The notes under the pieces: generated by a model
The model's input: the letters and a program-made list of their open reading frames with translations, nothing else
Told to the model about the DNA's origin: nothing
Database searches by the model: none
Position numbers and translations under genes: made by a program
Shown: one piece after another, positions 28,093 to 38,499 of the stretch
Numbering within the stretch: position 1 is the stretch's first letter
How the letters are laid out: each line of letters begins with the position of its first letter
Assembly (NCBI RefSeq): GCF_037652055.1
Contig: NZ_JBBKAH010000001.1
Location: 66,221 to 130,220 of the forward strand
Source of the DNA: Pelagibius sp. 7325
GTDB taxonomy: Bacteria; Pseudomonadota; Alphaproteobacteria; Kiloniellales; Kiloniellaceae
Direction: 5' to 3'
DNA length: 64,000 nt

Positions 28093-28236
28093 CGGCCCTG
28101 CGGCAAAACGTCCCTGCGACCTTGTCGCAACTCGTGGCGGGCGGGGGTGGCGGCTATATCCCGGTCACTGGACCGCAGATCCTGACTGGCAACGAACAAG
28201 AAACCATCCCCCCTAACCGCAAGGCCTTAGATTTCG

Positions 28237-28950
28237 ATGCGTCACCTTCCCTATGCCGTGGGCGGCTTCATGCTGCTGCCCTTCGCGGTCTGGCTCGTCT
28301 TCGAGCTGACCATCCTGCCGGGCTCGACCGTGAACCTGGACCTGCCGCTGGTGGCCGCCCTGACGGCGACCTGCGTGCCGGTGCTGGCGTGGTTCTTCCT
28401 GGTGAACCTCGGCTTCCTCGCCAACTCCATGGGCGGCGCCGACGAGTTCGCGCGGCCCGAGGCGCGCAGCGTGCGCCTGCTGATCGCGCTGTTGCCGTGG
28501 ATCTCCCTCCTCGGCAGCCTCCTGAGCGTGCCCTACCTCGCCGCCGAGGGCTATCCGCCGGCACTGCTGGCGCTGCCGCCGGCGGTGGGTGCCGCGATCT
28601 TCTTCGCCATCCGCTCCGGTGAGAAAGCGCGCAACCAGGAGCGCGGGCGTCTTAAGGATTTCGAGGGCCGGGCGGCGGTGGCGCGCGCGGCGGCGCCGAA
28701 GGCGCGCCCCGGTGCGCTGAAAACCGCCGGGCGGATGCTGCTGGGCCTGCTCTACGCCGTGCCGCTGGCCGGCTGGCTGCTGCAGGACGCGGTCGAGGGC
28801 AGCGGCAGCGCCAAGGCCTTCTTCGCCTTCAACGGCTTCCTGCTGCTGGCCGCGGCGATCGCCGTATTCGGCTACCCGGTGCTGATCGTCGCCGCGCTGA
28901 CCGCGGTGCCGGTGATCTTCGCCGGCCTCTTCGTGCTGACCTGGAGCTGA
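28237..28950 (+). CDS. hypothetical polytopic membrane protein
   Basis: 237 aa with 6-7 hydrophobic helices and no conserved motif. Confidence 0.55.
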   Translation: MRHLPYAVGGFMLLPFAVWLVFELTILPGSTVNLDLPLVAALTATCVPVLAWFFLVNLGFLANSMGGADEFARPEARSVRLLIALLPWISLLGSLLSVPYLAAEGYPPALLALPPAVGAAIFFAIRSGEKARNQERGRLKDFEGRAAVARAAAPKARPGALKTAGRMLLGLLYAVPLAGWLLQDAVEGSGSAKAFFAFNGFLLLAAAIAVFGYPVLIVAALTAVPVIFAGLFVLTWS

Positions 28951-28960
28951 CGGGGGCTCG

Positions 28961-29040
28961 CCCCCTCACCCAGCTTCGCCTAAGCGCGATCTTAGATCGC
29001 GCCAAGGCTGCGCATCCCTCTCCCACGCAGGGGAGAGGGG
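28961..29040. repeat. REP-like element family B (between convergent genes)
   Basis: cccctcacccagcttcgcctaagcgcgatcttagatcgcgccaaggctgcgcatccctctcccacgcaggggagagggg. Confidence 0.7.
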
Positions 29041-29043
29041 ACA

Positions 29044-31113
29044 TCAGGCGGCCTTCACGGACTCCAGGAAGTCGTGCACCTCGCGCTGCAGCTCGCCGGC
29101 CTGGGCGGTCAGCGCGTCGGCGGCGCTGAGCACCTGGGCGGCGGCCGAGCCGGTCTGCGCGGCCCCGTCGTTCACGCCGCCGATGTTGGCGGAAACGTCG
29201 GAGGTGCCGGCGGCGGCCTGCTGCACGTTGCGGGCGATCTCGTTGGTCGCGGCGTTCTGCTGCTCCACCGCCGCGGCGATCGCGGAGGCATTCTCGTTGA
29301 TGCTGGCGATGATGCTGCGGATGCCGTCGATGGCGCTGACCGCGTCGCCGGTGGCCTCCTGCATGCCGCCGATCTGCTTGGAGATCTCCTCGGTGGCCTT
29401 GGCGGTCTGCGTCGCCAGTGATTTCACCTCGCCGGCGACGACGGCAAAGCCCTTGCCCATCTCGCCGGCGCGCGCCGCCTCGATGGTGGCGTTCAAGGCC
29501 AGCAGATTGGTCTGCTCGGCGATGTCGGAGATCAGGCCAATGACCTCGCCGATCTTCTGCGCGGCCTCGTCCAGGCCCTTCACCCGCTGGGTGATGTTCT
29601 CGGTCTCGCTCACCGCCTTGCCGGTGTAGTCGTTCGACTGCGCGACCTGGCGCGAGATCTCGCCGATCGACGACGACAGCTCCTCGGCGCCCGACGCGGC
29701 GGTCCGCACGTTGGAGGAAGCCTCCTCCGCGGCGCCGGTCACCACCTTGGCCTGGGTCGCCGTCTCCTCGGCGATGGAGGACATCTTCCGGGCGACCTCG
29801 CGCATCTCCGCGCAGGAGGCCGTGACGGCGCCCAGCACCTGCTTGGACTTTTCGTCGAAGCCCTTGCAGAAAGCCTCGATCTGGCGGGCACGCGCCTCAC
29901 GGCCCGCCTGCTCCTTCTGCTGGTCGGCGGCCAGCTCGCGCGCCTTCACGCCGTTCTGCTTGAAGACTTCGACGGTGCCGGCCATGACGCCGATCTCGTC
30001 GCGATCGTCGGCGTGCGGCACGGCGACCGAGAAGTCGTCGGCGGCCAGCTTCTGCATGGCGCCGGCCAGCGAGGCGATGCGCCCGGAAACGTTGCGCCCG
30101 ATGTAGAAAGCCAGGCTGATGGCCGCGGCGAAGGAAACCAGGGTGACGATGCCGAGCAGCAGCACGCCTTCGCTTTTCTTCCAACGCAGGTCGGCCACGC
30201 CCGCCGTCATCGCGGCGTGGATCGCTTCCTCGGCGATGTCGGCGCTCTCGATGAGGCCCTCGAAGGAGGCATCGAAAATCTCGTCGGCCTCGCTGCCGGC
30301 GGCGCCCACCTGCACGACCGAGCGGGCGCGCTCGACGGCGAGGTCGCTCAGCTCCTGAATGGCGGTCAGCAGCTCGGAGGCACCGGCCATGCCGTAGGTG
30401 TCGCCGAGCTGGGCGACGAGGGCCTGAGCTTCGGCGAAGTTGCCGGTCGCCTCGGCGATGTCCTCGCCGGCGTCGCCGCCGAGCACCTCTTCCACCATCA
30501 GGTGGCCGTTGGCCAGCAGGTAGCGCGCGGTGCCGGCCAGGCGCTGCGCCTCGGCACTGTTGGCCAGGAAGCCGCCGTTGGCACCCTCGGCGATGCCGGT
30601 GATGAGGGAATCGTAGAGCGCGTCGAAGCGCTCGTCGGCGCCGCTGCCGACGCCCTGGCGCTCGGCCAGCGAGGCGTGGCGGGTCTGCGCGACGGCGACG
30701 AAGGCGTCGAGATCCTTCAGCAGGGTATCGACGTTCCGGCGCACCACCGGATCGGTGCTGGCGTAGAAGCGGCCCTCTTCGTTCTCACCGCCGTTGAGGA
30801 TCGCGTTGGCATAGAAGCGCGCGTCCTCCAGCAGATCCCACACGACCTGAATGTCCTCGCCGGCGTCGCCGGCCATGATCTCCTCGAAGATCAGGTGGGC
30901 CCCGGTGGCGGACAGCTTGATCTCCATCGCGGCGTCGCCCAGCGGTGCCAGGCGTTCGGCGACCAGCACGCCGTCCTCGCCCAGGCTGTTGGCGGTCCAG
31001 CCGCCGATGAGTCCGGCCAGGCCGGTCAGCACCGCCAAGACGAAAAAAGCGGAGAAGGTCTTGGCCTTGACGCTCAGGCTCTTCAGAAAATGCGATGCTT
31101 TGGCGGCAGACAT
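29044..31113 (-). CDS. methyl-accepting chemotaxis protein
   Basis: N-terminal TM and periplasmic helical sensor, a second TM, HAMP, then the highly conserved MCP signalling domain ([31 protein letters not shown]). Confidence 0.9.
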   Translation of the reverse strand: MSAAKASHFLKSLSVKAKTFSAFFVLAVLTGLAGLIGGWTANSLGEDGVLVAERLAPLGDAAMEIKLSATGAHLIFEEIMAGDAGEDIQVVWDLLEDARFYANAILNGGENEEGRFYASTDPVVRRNVDTLLKDLDAFVAVAQTRHASLAERQGVGSGADERFDALYDSLITGIAEGANGGFLANSAEAQRLAGTARYLLANGHLMVEEVLGGDAGEDIAEATGNFAEAQALVAQLGDTYGMAGASELLTAIQELSDLAVERARSVVQVGAAGSEADEIFDASFEGLIESADIAEEAIHAAMTAGVADLRWKKSEGVLLLGIVTLVSFAAAISLAFYIGRNVSGRIASLAGAMQKLAADDFSVAVPHADDRDEIGVMAGTVEVFKQNGVKARELAADQQKEQAGREARARQIEAFCKGFDEKSKQVLGAVTASCAEMREVARKMSSIAEETATQAKVVTGAAEEASSNVRTAASGAEELSSSIGEISRQVAQSNDYTGKAVSETENITQRVKGLDEAAQKIGEVIGLISDIAEQTNLLALNATIEAARAGEMGKGFAVVAGEVKSLATQTAKATEEISKQIGGMQEATGDAVSAIDGIRSIIASINENASAIAAAVEQQNAATNEIARNVQQAAAGTSDVSANIGGVNDGAAQTGSAAAQVLSAADALTAQAGELQREVHDFLESVKAA

Positions 31114-31429
31114 GGCGGCACTCACTCCTCGAGCCGCGCTGGTCCCCTCACGCGGCAATTTGTCGCAAAGAAGTGCCTAGAGCTAACACCAGAGCATTAA
31201 CAGAGATTGAGTCGGCCGCCAGGAAATGAATGGGAATAAGCGCGAAGCGCCGCTTCGGATTTCTTCTTATCTAATTCGGCACTTCTGCTTGATCGTCTTT
31301 AAACTGGAACGACAAAGCGTGTTGTTCTGGGGATGAGATTTGGACGCGCTGGAAGACGGGGCCGGGATCACCTTCCGTCGGATGATCCCGGCCCCGCTGG
31401 CAATCCGGTGAATCGCCGGCCGCTGGGGT

Positions 31430-32572
31430 TCACACCTTACGCGGCCGGATCCGCACCAGATCCTCGAGGACGCCGTCGAGGCCGTTGGCGACAACGACGT
31501 TACCCACCTTCTCGGACACCTTCTCCAGCGCCTCGAGCTCCTTCAGCCGCAGGAGGATCGGGTTGTCCTCCATCAGCTTGGCGGTGTTGAGGAGGGAGCG
31601 CGTCGCCGCGGTCTCCTCACGCCGCTTGATGACGTTGGCCTGCGCGGTCTTCTCCGCCTCGATGACCCGGTTCATCAGTTCCCGCACGTCACCGGGCAGG
31701 ATGATGTCCTTCACACCGACGGAGGGGACCTTGAGGCCCGCGTCGCCGAGCTTGGGCAGTACCAGCGCCTCGATCGCCTGGTTGATGCCCAGCTTGTCGC
31801 CGAGCACCTCCTCCAGCGTCCGCGTGCCGATGACCTGCCGCAGCGCGAACTGAAGCTCCTTGTAGAGGAAGTCCTTCAGGTCCGCGGTCAGCGTCACCGC
31901 CTTCACCGGATCGACGATCCGGAAGACGGCGGTGAGGTTGGCCCGGATGCCGATCCGGTCCTTGGTCAGCAGCTCCTGGCCGGTCACCTCCAGCGCCTGC
32001 AGACGCAGGTCGAAGGCCACCGCCTGGACCTTGCGCACCGCCTTCACGAAGGCATAGCGGCCCGGCTTCAGCTGCCGGTCCAGCACGCCGTCGACGTAGA
32101 GCAGAACGACGCTGTCGGCGGCCACCTCGACCACCGCCACCAGGTCACGCACGGCCGGGTCCTTCGCCGCCAGCCGCACCAGGGGCGCGACCAGCCGCTG
32201 CGGCACGGCGACGGCCTCGGTGGCATCCACCGTCTCCAGGCTCATCTCCCGCAGGTGCCGGGCGTAGAATGCCTTGCGCTGCGGCGCGACCACGTCGACC
32301 AGCTTGCCGTCGGCGTAGACGAAGCCGGCCTCGCCGTCACCCATGTCGGCGACGAGGAAGTAGGCCTCGACCACCCGCGGGTGGGTCAGGTACAGCGCGT
32401 CCAGCGCCACGTCCTTCACCGGCTGTGCCCGCAGGTCCAGCGTCACCACGCCGAAGCTGCCGCGGCCGCGCAGGATGCGGTGCACGCCCGGCTCCAGCAC
32501 CCGAACGAAAGCCCGATTGCGGTAGAGCAGACCGAGCTCGTAGTCGGCAATCTTCACGGTCCTGTAGAACAT
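31430..32572 (-). CDS. SPFH/band-7 (slipin-like) domain protein
   Basis: Starts MFYRTVKIADYE. The C-terminal half is a band-7 domain (TKDRIGIRANLTAVFRIVDPVKAV...ILPGDVRELMNRVIEAEKTAQANVIKRREETAA). Confidence 0.75.
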   Translation of the reverse strand: MFYRTVKIADYELGLLYRNRAFVRVLEPGVHRILRGRGSFGVVTLDLRAQPVKDVALDALYLTHPRVVEAYFLVADMGDGEAGFVYADGKLVDVVAPQRKAFYARHLREMSLETVDATEAVAVPQRLVAPLVRLAAKDPAVRDLVAVVEVAADSVVLLYVDGVLDRQLKPGRYAFVKAVRKVQAVAFDLRLQALEVTGQELLTKDRIGIRANLTAVFRIVDPVKAVTLTADLKDFLYKELQFALRQVIGTRTLEEVLGDKLGINQAIEALVLPKLGDAGLKVPSVGVKDIILPGDVRELMNRVIEAEKTAQANVIKRREETAATRSLLNTAKLMEDNPILLRLKELEALEKVSEKVGNVVVANGLDGVLEDLVRIRPRKV

Positions 32573-32943
32573 CGGACCAATCCTTTCTTCTTTTCTTCTT
32601 GTCTCTCTTTTCTCGTTGTCGCCCGCGCGAGAGGCCGGAACCGAAGAATGAATTTCGGGAATAAGGTTGAGGAACACCGGAAGAGCCCCGACAGCGTGGG
32701 CCGGGCGGCCCCGGCGCCCTCCCTCCACCGGCCGCGCGGGCCGCCAGGGTTCCGCCCGCAAGAAATCGCGGGACGGCGTGCCGGCGGTCCTTGCGGACAG
32801 CGTCGGAGGGCGCGGTGGAGACGCGCGGAAGCCCTTGCCGCCCGGCCCCTGCCCTTCCCCGCAACCTTTCGGCGGCGGTTCTGGACGAGGCCTGGCGCTC
32901 TTCCGGCATCCTTCGTCTTTGGATCAGCTTTACAGGCTGAGTT

Positions 32944-33016
32944 TCGCGATGGCGGGAGTTGAACCCGCGACAGCTGGAGTGAAAATCCAGTGCTCTAACC
33001 CACTGAGCTACATCCA
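32944..33016 (-). tRNA. tRNA-like gene, anticodon UUC (Glu by anticodon; Val-like body), acceptor stem only 4 bp
   Basis: Minus-strand read: D-arm GCTCAGTGGGTTAGAGC, anticodon arm CTGGA-TTTTCAC-TCCAG, T-arm GCGGGTTCAACTCCCGC. The 5' ATGGATG and 3' CATCGCG acceptor strands pair at only 4 positions, and there is no encoded CCA. Confidence 0.5.
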
Positions 33017-33092
33017 TGGCGCCGAACACGGGAATTGAACCCGTGACCCCCGGATCGACAATCCGGTGCTCTCACCACTGAGCTAGTTCGGC
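33017..33092 (-). tRNA. tRNA-Asp (anticodon GUC)
   Basis: Minus-strand read GCCGAACTAGCTCAGTGGTGAGAGCACCGGATTGTCGATCCGGGGGTCACGGGTTCAATTCCCGTGTTCGGCGCCA. Perfect 7-bp acceptor stem, GTC anticodon, encoded CCA. Confidence 0.85.
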
Positions 33093-33598
33093 CGCAAGGT
33101 ACTCATTGCCCGACACACGCAAGACGCATTACGAGCGTCCAGCGCGCCGGCCGGGTGCACGAACCCGGACCTGAAGGGCGGTCTGCCAAGTACCAAACGA
33201 ATGAAGGCTCCTGATCCTCTCGCGAGGGATGCCTATCGTCGTTTTCTCTGTGATGCTGTCATCTATTCCTGCCTCCGTTGTTCGCATTGCGCCGGGGCAG
33301 GAGTCGCGCGGAAACCGCGGGGCTCTAGACCCGGTGGGTGTGTGCCCCTTCCGGGCGCAAGTGACGATCCATAAAGGTCATCGGGTTTCCGTTTCGCGTT
33401 GACCGCGCGCGGGGTTGCGTGCGGGAGGCGGGATATAGTCCAGGTCCGATTCCGGAATCAAGAAAAACTTGCGGTTGATGGCAAGAAAGACCGATCGTGT
33501 AAAATCGGCGGGCAAGGCGATGACAAAAGTTGCGTGCGCGAAAGTGGGGCGCTACCTCTCTTTGCCGGAAAAGGGGCCGCAGGCAGGTGGGAGCGACG

Positions 33599-35230
33599 AT
33601 GGACGACGCACGTAACCCTTTCGAGACCGACCTGGCGCGCGGGCCGGCGAATCACGTGGCGCTCAGCCCCTTGAGCTTCCTGCCGCGCGCGGCAGCCGTC
33701 TACCCTGAGCGCTGCGCCGTCATTCACGGCGATCTCCGCTACACCTGGGCGCAGGTCTACGACCGCTGCCGCCGCCTCGCTTCGGCGCTCGCAAAGCGCG
33801 GCATCGGCAAGGGCGACACCGTCGCCGTCATGGCGCCCAACACGCCGCCCTGCCTGGAAGCGCACTTCGGCGTCGCCGCCGCCGGCGCGGTGCTGAACGC
33901 CCTCAACGTGCGCCTGGACGCCGCCACCATCGCCTTCACCCTGAACCACGGCGAAGCCAAGGTCCTCATCACCGACCGCGAGTTCTCCGGCGTCATCGAG
34001 GACGCGCTGAAAGAGGTCAGCCACGAAATCCTGGTCATCGACATCGACGATCCTCTCGGCGAAGGCGGCGCGCTTTTGGGCGAGACGGACTACGAGTCCT
34101 TTCTGGCGACCGGCGATCCCGAGTTTCCTTGGCGCCTGCCGGACGACGAATGGGAGTCGCTGTCGCTGCTCTACACCTCCGGCACAACCGGCAATCCCAA
34201 GGGCGTCGTCTACCATCACCGCGGCGCCTACCTGAACGCCATCGGCAACATGCAGGTCTGGGGCATGGGACCGCACCCGGTCTATCTCTGGACCCTGCCG
34301 ATGTTCCACTGCAACGGCTGGTGCTTTCCCTGGACGGTGACCGCGCTGGCCGGCACCCACGTCTGCCTGCGCCAGGTGCGCGCCAAGGCGATCTACGACG
34401 CCATCGCGGACCACGGCGTGACGCACCTCTGCGGCGCGCCCATCGTCATGCAGCTGCTGCTGGGCGCGACCGACGACGACAAGCGCGTCTTCGATCACCA
34501 GGTGAAGTTCATGACCGCGGCGGCGCCGCCGCCGGCCGCCGTGCTGGCCGCGATGCAGGACGCGGGCATCGAGGTGACTCACGTCTACGGCCTGACCGAG
34601 GTCTACGGCCCCGCCGTGGTCTGCGCCTGGCACCGTGAATGGGACGAGCTCGACATCGAGCTGCAGGCGGCGATGAAGTCGCGCCAGGGCGTGAACTATC
34701 CGGTGCTGGAAGGCCTGATGGTCGCCGATGCCGAGACGCTCGCCCCCGTGCCGCGTGACGGCGAGACCCTGGGCGAGGTCTTCATGCGCGGCAACGTGGT
34801 GATGAAGGGCTACCTGAAGAACGCGGCGGCGACCGAGAAGGCCTTCGCCGGCGGCTGGTTCCACACCGGCGACCTGGGCGTCTGGCATCCCGACGGCTAC
34901 ATCGAGCTGAAGGACCGCTCCAAGGACATCATCATCTCCGGCGGCGAGAACATCTCCTCCATCGAGATCGAGAACGCGCTCTACGGCCATCCGGCGGTGG
35001 CCGGTGCCGCCGTGGTCGCCAAGCCCGACGACAAGTGGGGCGAGACCCCTTGCGCCTTCGTCGAGCTGAAGCCGGGCGCAACAGCCGACGAGGCGGAGCT
35101 CATCGCCTTCTGCCGCCAGCGCCTCGCCTCCTTCAAGGCGCCCCGCAAGGTGGTCTTCGGCCCGCTGCCCAAGACCTCCACCGGCAAGATCCAGAAGTTC
35201 GTGCTGCGCAGCCAGGCCCGCGATCTTTAG
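33599..35230 (+). CDS. AMP-dependent acyl-CoA synthetase (medium-chain fatty-acid--CoA ligase-like)
   Basis: Starts MDDARNPFETDLARGPANHVALSP. AMP-binding motifs YTSGTTGNPKGV, YGLTE and SGGENISS. Confidence 0.85.
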   Translation: MDDARNPFETDLARGPANHVALSPLSFLPRAAAVYPERCAVIHGDLRYTWAQVYDRCRRLASALAKRGIGKGDTVAVMAPNTPPCLEAHFGVAAAGAVLNALNVRLDAATIAFTLNHGEAKVLITDREFSGVIEDALKEVSHEILVIDIDDPLGEGGALLGETDYESFLATGDPEFPWRLPDDEWESLSLLYTSGTTGNPKGVVYHHRGAYLNAIGNMQVWGMGPHPVYLWTLPMFHCNGWCFPWTVTALAGTHVCLRQVRAKAIYDAIADHGVTHLCGAPIVMQLLLGATDDDKRVFDHQVKFMTAAAPPPAAVLAAMQDAGIEVTHVYGLTEVYGPAVVCAWHREWDELDIELQAAMKSRQGVNYPVLEGLMVADAETLAPVPRDGETLGEVFMRGNVVMKGYLKNAAATEKAFAGGWFHTGDLGVWHPDGYIELKDRSKDIIISGGENISSIEIENALYGHPAVAGAAVVAKPDDKWGETPCAFVELKPGATADEAELIAFCRQRLASFKAPRKVVFGPLPKTSTGKIQKFVLRSQARDL

Positions 35231-35519
35231 AGGGGAGGGTTTAGCGGGGCGCCTTAGCTGATTCATCCTCTTCTTGGGAATTGCCCGGAGAGGTCCGCTG
35301 GTAACGGCATGTCCGACGTGGCGACTGGAATGTTGATGGGCGCCTTTGTTCCAGGTCCGAACATCACTCCTTTACCCCCTGTGGCGGGCAAACCTTGATC
35401 CGGCTGCGCCGGGCACACCCAACAAAGCTCCAAAGAAAAGCGTGCGCGTAGAAGACTGCCATTCTCCGAAGCCGATCCGGCGGAGCATATACCGCGCTTT
35501 TACAGATGTTTACGCGCGA

Positions 35520-36926
35520 CTATTTCGTTGAAGCCAGTGAACGCTCTATTTTATGAAGCCAGCCCTCGATCTCCTGAGTCGCATTCTCATGGGGCGACGC
35601 TTTGCGAATCTCATCAAGTTCAGAACGTGCAATGGCTACTGTCCGCCAAAGATTCTGGTCGGGGTTCTGACCCAGTAATCTGTCCCTTATTCCTTGTTTG
35701 ACCCGAGATCTATCGCTTTTCGAAAGACTCTCTGGAGCCATCAAGAAAATGAGCCTTTGTGCGATCTGCTGAAACCTTGGATCGTTGAACTTCCGAATGA
35801 GGCTTGCCCTTTGAGACCAAGGTGTTTCTGCAAAATTTCGCATCACCATTTCGTCATGTTTGCCTGGAAACCCTTCGAAAATCCTTTGCTCTAAAGCTCT
35901 TGGTTCCGGCCACTCTTCTCTCATTTTCGTTGCGAGCTTCACTAGGATGGCCCTTCGCTCGGGGGACGCGAGAAACGCAGCTTCTTCTGCCACTCTCTTG
36001 GATGGCACAATCCCAAGGTGCGCTCCGGCCTCATACTGGCTAGCAGCAATAGGAAACATGTTCTCCTTGAAACGTCGAATCCGAAATGTATGGCTCGTGA
36101 TGAGCATCTCCTGTGATGAGATCGTATTCGAGAAGAATCTTCGCCAGTCGGCCTCCAATTTGGCCACAAACTTGGCTGATTTCTGTTTGTTATCAGAACC
36201 GATTGGAAGCCCCCACCAACCAGGGCGGCCGTCCTTAGAAGGTTCTGCAAAAAAGATAGGCTTCCCTGTATTCACTAGCCGAGACGCAAATTCTCGATCG
36301 GAACAGTCCAAGAACAGGGCCCATAGCGCTTGGGACCTCGATGCGATTTTCTTGCAAATGTGAATGACGGCCAGCACATCTCCCAAGGCATCATGCGCAT
36401 CGGTGTGAGCGTATCCATTCAATGGGGCAAGCCGATCCAAACGAAATATAGGGCGACCAGATGCAATGTTAGGCACTACAAGTGCATGCGGTGAGATCCT
36501 CGACATAGCACGCACTAGAGGCAAAACGTCCGCCCTAGCGTTGCCATGAGTGACGGTTAGGTAAGGCGGGTTCAATGTTTGCCACAGCGCCCGTTGCAGA
36601 AGCGGCTCATCGAACTGGAATGAGTTGTACCCAATGAAGAGTGCAGGAGACCAGGATCGCAACCTCTCCTGTATACTCGCCATCATATCGGGAAATTGTG
36701 GCAGATTAGGGTTGTCAATTTGACTTGGCGAAATGCCGGTAACGATCATCGCACTGGGCGACGGGACTATCCATGGCAATCGTCGGCACCTGATATTTAT
36801 GCGATCAAGCTCTTTAAAGCTCTTGTCGGTCAATATGGCCGCAAACTGAATAATTTGATCAAACTCAACATTCGTTCCGGTTGTTTCGGTATCATAAAAT
36901 ACAAAATTTCGAGTATCGCCAGACAC
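35520..36926 (-). CDS. exodeoxyribonuclease I (SbcB)-like DEDDh 3'-5' exonuclease
   Basis: 468 aa. Exo I motif FYDTETTG, Exo II FIGYNSFQFDE, Exo III HTDAHDALGDV, plus a long C-terminal helical/SH3-like region collinear with E. coli ExoI. Low GC. Confidence 0.8.
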   Translation of the reverse strand: MSGDTRNFVFYDTETTGTNVEFDQIIQFAAILTDKSFKELDRINIRCRRLPWIVPSPSAMIVTGISPSQIDNPNLPQFPDMMASIQERLRSWSPALFIGYNSFQFDEPLLQRALWQTLNPPYLTVTHGNARADVLPLVRAMSRISPHALVVPNIASGRPIFRLDRLAPLNGYAHTDAHDALGDVLAVIHICKKIASRSQALWALFLDCSDREFASRLVNTGKPIFFAEPSKDGRPGWWGLPIGSDNKQKSAKFVAKLEADWRRFFSNTISSQEMLITSHTFRIRRFKENMFPIAASQYEAGAHLGIVPSKRVAEEAAFLASPERRAILVKLATKMREEWPEPRALEQRIFEGFPGKHDEMVMRNFAETPWSQRASLIRKFNDPRFQQIAQRLIFLMAPESLSKSDRSRVKQGIRDRLLGQNPDQNLWRTVAIARSELDEIRKASPHENATQEIEGWLHKIERSLASTK

Positions 36927-36936
36927 ATTATCGCTC

Positions 36937-38499
36937 TCAATAATATGAATATGGCGGAGGTTCGACGCCCTCTAGGCCAAATGTATAGTAGTATTTGCGC
37001 GCAGCTCGCCAGCCTCGAACAAAGCTAGGGAGACGCGGGTTCGGGCAATTTGGGCCACGCCATGCTCTCTTGTCGAGCCATTGGCCGAGGATGAGTTCCT
37101 CGGCCGAGGGCGAGAGGCCTTTTCGCTTGTACTTGATCTTCAGAATGCGCTGCCTCTTCCTCATTGCAAGCCGTAGGCTCACAAGCAACCAGCGATCCAA
37201 CTCCTTAAGCGTTTCAGCGTCTTCAAGAAGGGCGTAAAATCCCATCAAGCCCCGCATCTCGCGTAGCTTGTCGCCACCGTTGAGAAATTTAGTGATCTCT
37301 TCCTCTTCGAGTCCGCCATAGAGGTATCCTCGCAACTCAAGAACGAGTCCAAGAAGGTCCCAGTCGTATGGCTTGCGTACCGTGCGGCAGCGGTTCTTAT
37401 TGAATCCAAATTTTTTAGGATACTGAATCAGATAGACTTGTATAAGCCGTGACATTTTCGCGATTATACGTGCCCGGACATGATCGGGGATCTTAAGGCC
37501 GCCCTTGGTAAACCGATATCCAAGATAGTCGAATCCAGAATAACTTCTAATTTCCGCTTCATCTTTGCCAATGATAGCGATTCCGGGCGATTTCTTCTCA
37601 TTTATTATGAGGCCACTGTTCTGGCAGTGCTCGATAAACGTCTCTTCAAGTTCCTCCGCTTCAGCGTAGGTCGAGCAAAGGGCAACTACGTCGTCCGCGT
37701 ACCTGACAAAGCGTCCTGATTTCCGTTCCAAGGAACGATCAAGCTCGTGGTTGGCGAGATTCGCAAGAAGAAGTGAGACAGACGAGCCTTGCGGCGTGCC
37801 AATGTGCCGCCTCGCGAAATCTCCAATTAGATAGTCAGAAACGCTCGCAAACTGGTGTCGCATGAACTCCTTTAGTACGAAGCGCTCATGGGGCGTAACA
37901 GCTACAAGCTCTCTATCGTCAATACATCGCTCCATGTATCGAGTTGGGATAGTGTCGAAGTATTTTTGAAAATCGATCTGCACGGCAAACAATCTTTGAT
38001 CAGTCATGAACCCTTTCAGGGCCAAGATAGCATCAAACACATCACGTTCAGGGTGGTAAGCGTAAGAAAAGGGCGAAAGTCTCTTGATATTCCGATCCCT
38101 GGCCCTTCGAAGCACCACGTTTGCCAGCGCCGCATCTGGGATGGCAAAAGCCATAATCTCCCTGACTCCGCCTTGAGGCTTAGGAATCTGATACCTGACC
38201 GCCGGTACCGGCTCGTAGGTGGCATCAAGGACCTTTTTCCAAATCGTCTTTGCGATGATGTTAGCGTTTCTCGCGCAATGGGTAGGATCAAAGTGTCGAT
38301 GAACTTTCGCCAGCGAGGATGCTGGCTTCGGCAGTCCTGCTTTCAATCCAGTCCGCTTCTCAAATTTTTGCCGATCCTGACGCGCCTTTGCATCGCGGCC
38401 ATTGTTTCGCCGCCCTGCGCGCCGGCAAAGTCTTTTGATTTCCTGTTTTAGAGCTTTTTCCATGAGGGCGGCGAGGGGTCTTAGATCAAGGGTTTCCAC
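36937..38499 (-). CDS. reverse transcriptase (retron/group-II-intron-like RT fold, no maturase/endonuclease; unclassified defence-type RT)
   Basis: 520 aa. RT motifs are 0 VRYQIPKPQGGVREI, 1/2 AFAIPDAALANVVL, A FAVQIDFQKYFDTIP, B' IGTPQGSSVSLLLANL, C VRYADDVVAL and the thumb-like GFDYLGYRF. A ~150-aa helical C-terminal extension follows. Low GC, 10-bp gap to the ExoI-like gene. Confidence 0.85.
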   Translation of the reverse strand: METLDLRPLAALMEKALKQEIKRLCRRAGRRNNGRDAKARQDRQKFEKRTGLKAGLPKPASSLAKVHRHFDPTHCARNANIIAKTIWKKVLDATYEPVPAVRYQIPKPQGGVREIMAFAIPDAALANVVLRRARDRNIKRLSPFSYAYHPERDVFDAILALKGFMTDQRLFAVQIDFQKYFDTIPTRYMERCIDDRELVAVTPHERFVLKEFMRHQFASVSDYLIGDFARRHIGTPQGSSVSLLLANLANHELDRSLERKSGRFVRYADDVVALCSTYAEAEELEETFIEHCQNSGLIINEKKSPGIAIIGKDEAEIRSYSGFDYLGYRFTKGGLKIPDHVRARIIAKMSRLIQVYLIQYPKKFGFNKNRCRTVRKPYDWDLLGLVLELRGYLYGGLEEEEITKFLNGGDKLREMRGLMGFYALLEDAETLKELDRWLLVSLRLAMRKRQRILKIKYKRKGLSPSAEELILGQWLDKRAWRGPNCPNPRLPSFVRGWRAARKYYYTFGLEGVEPPPYSYY

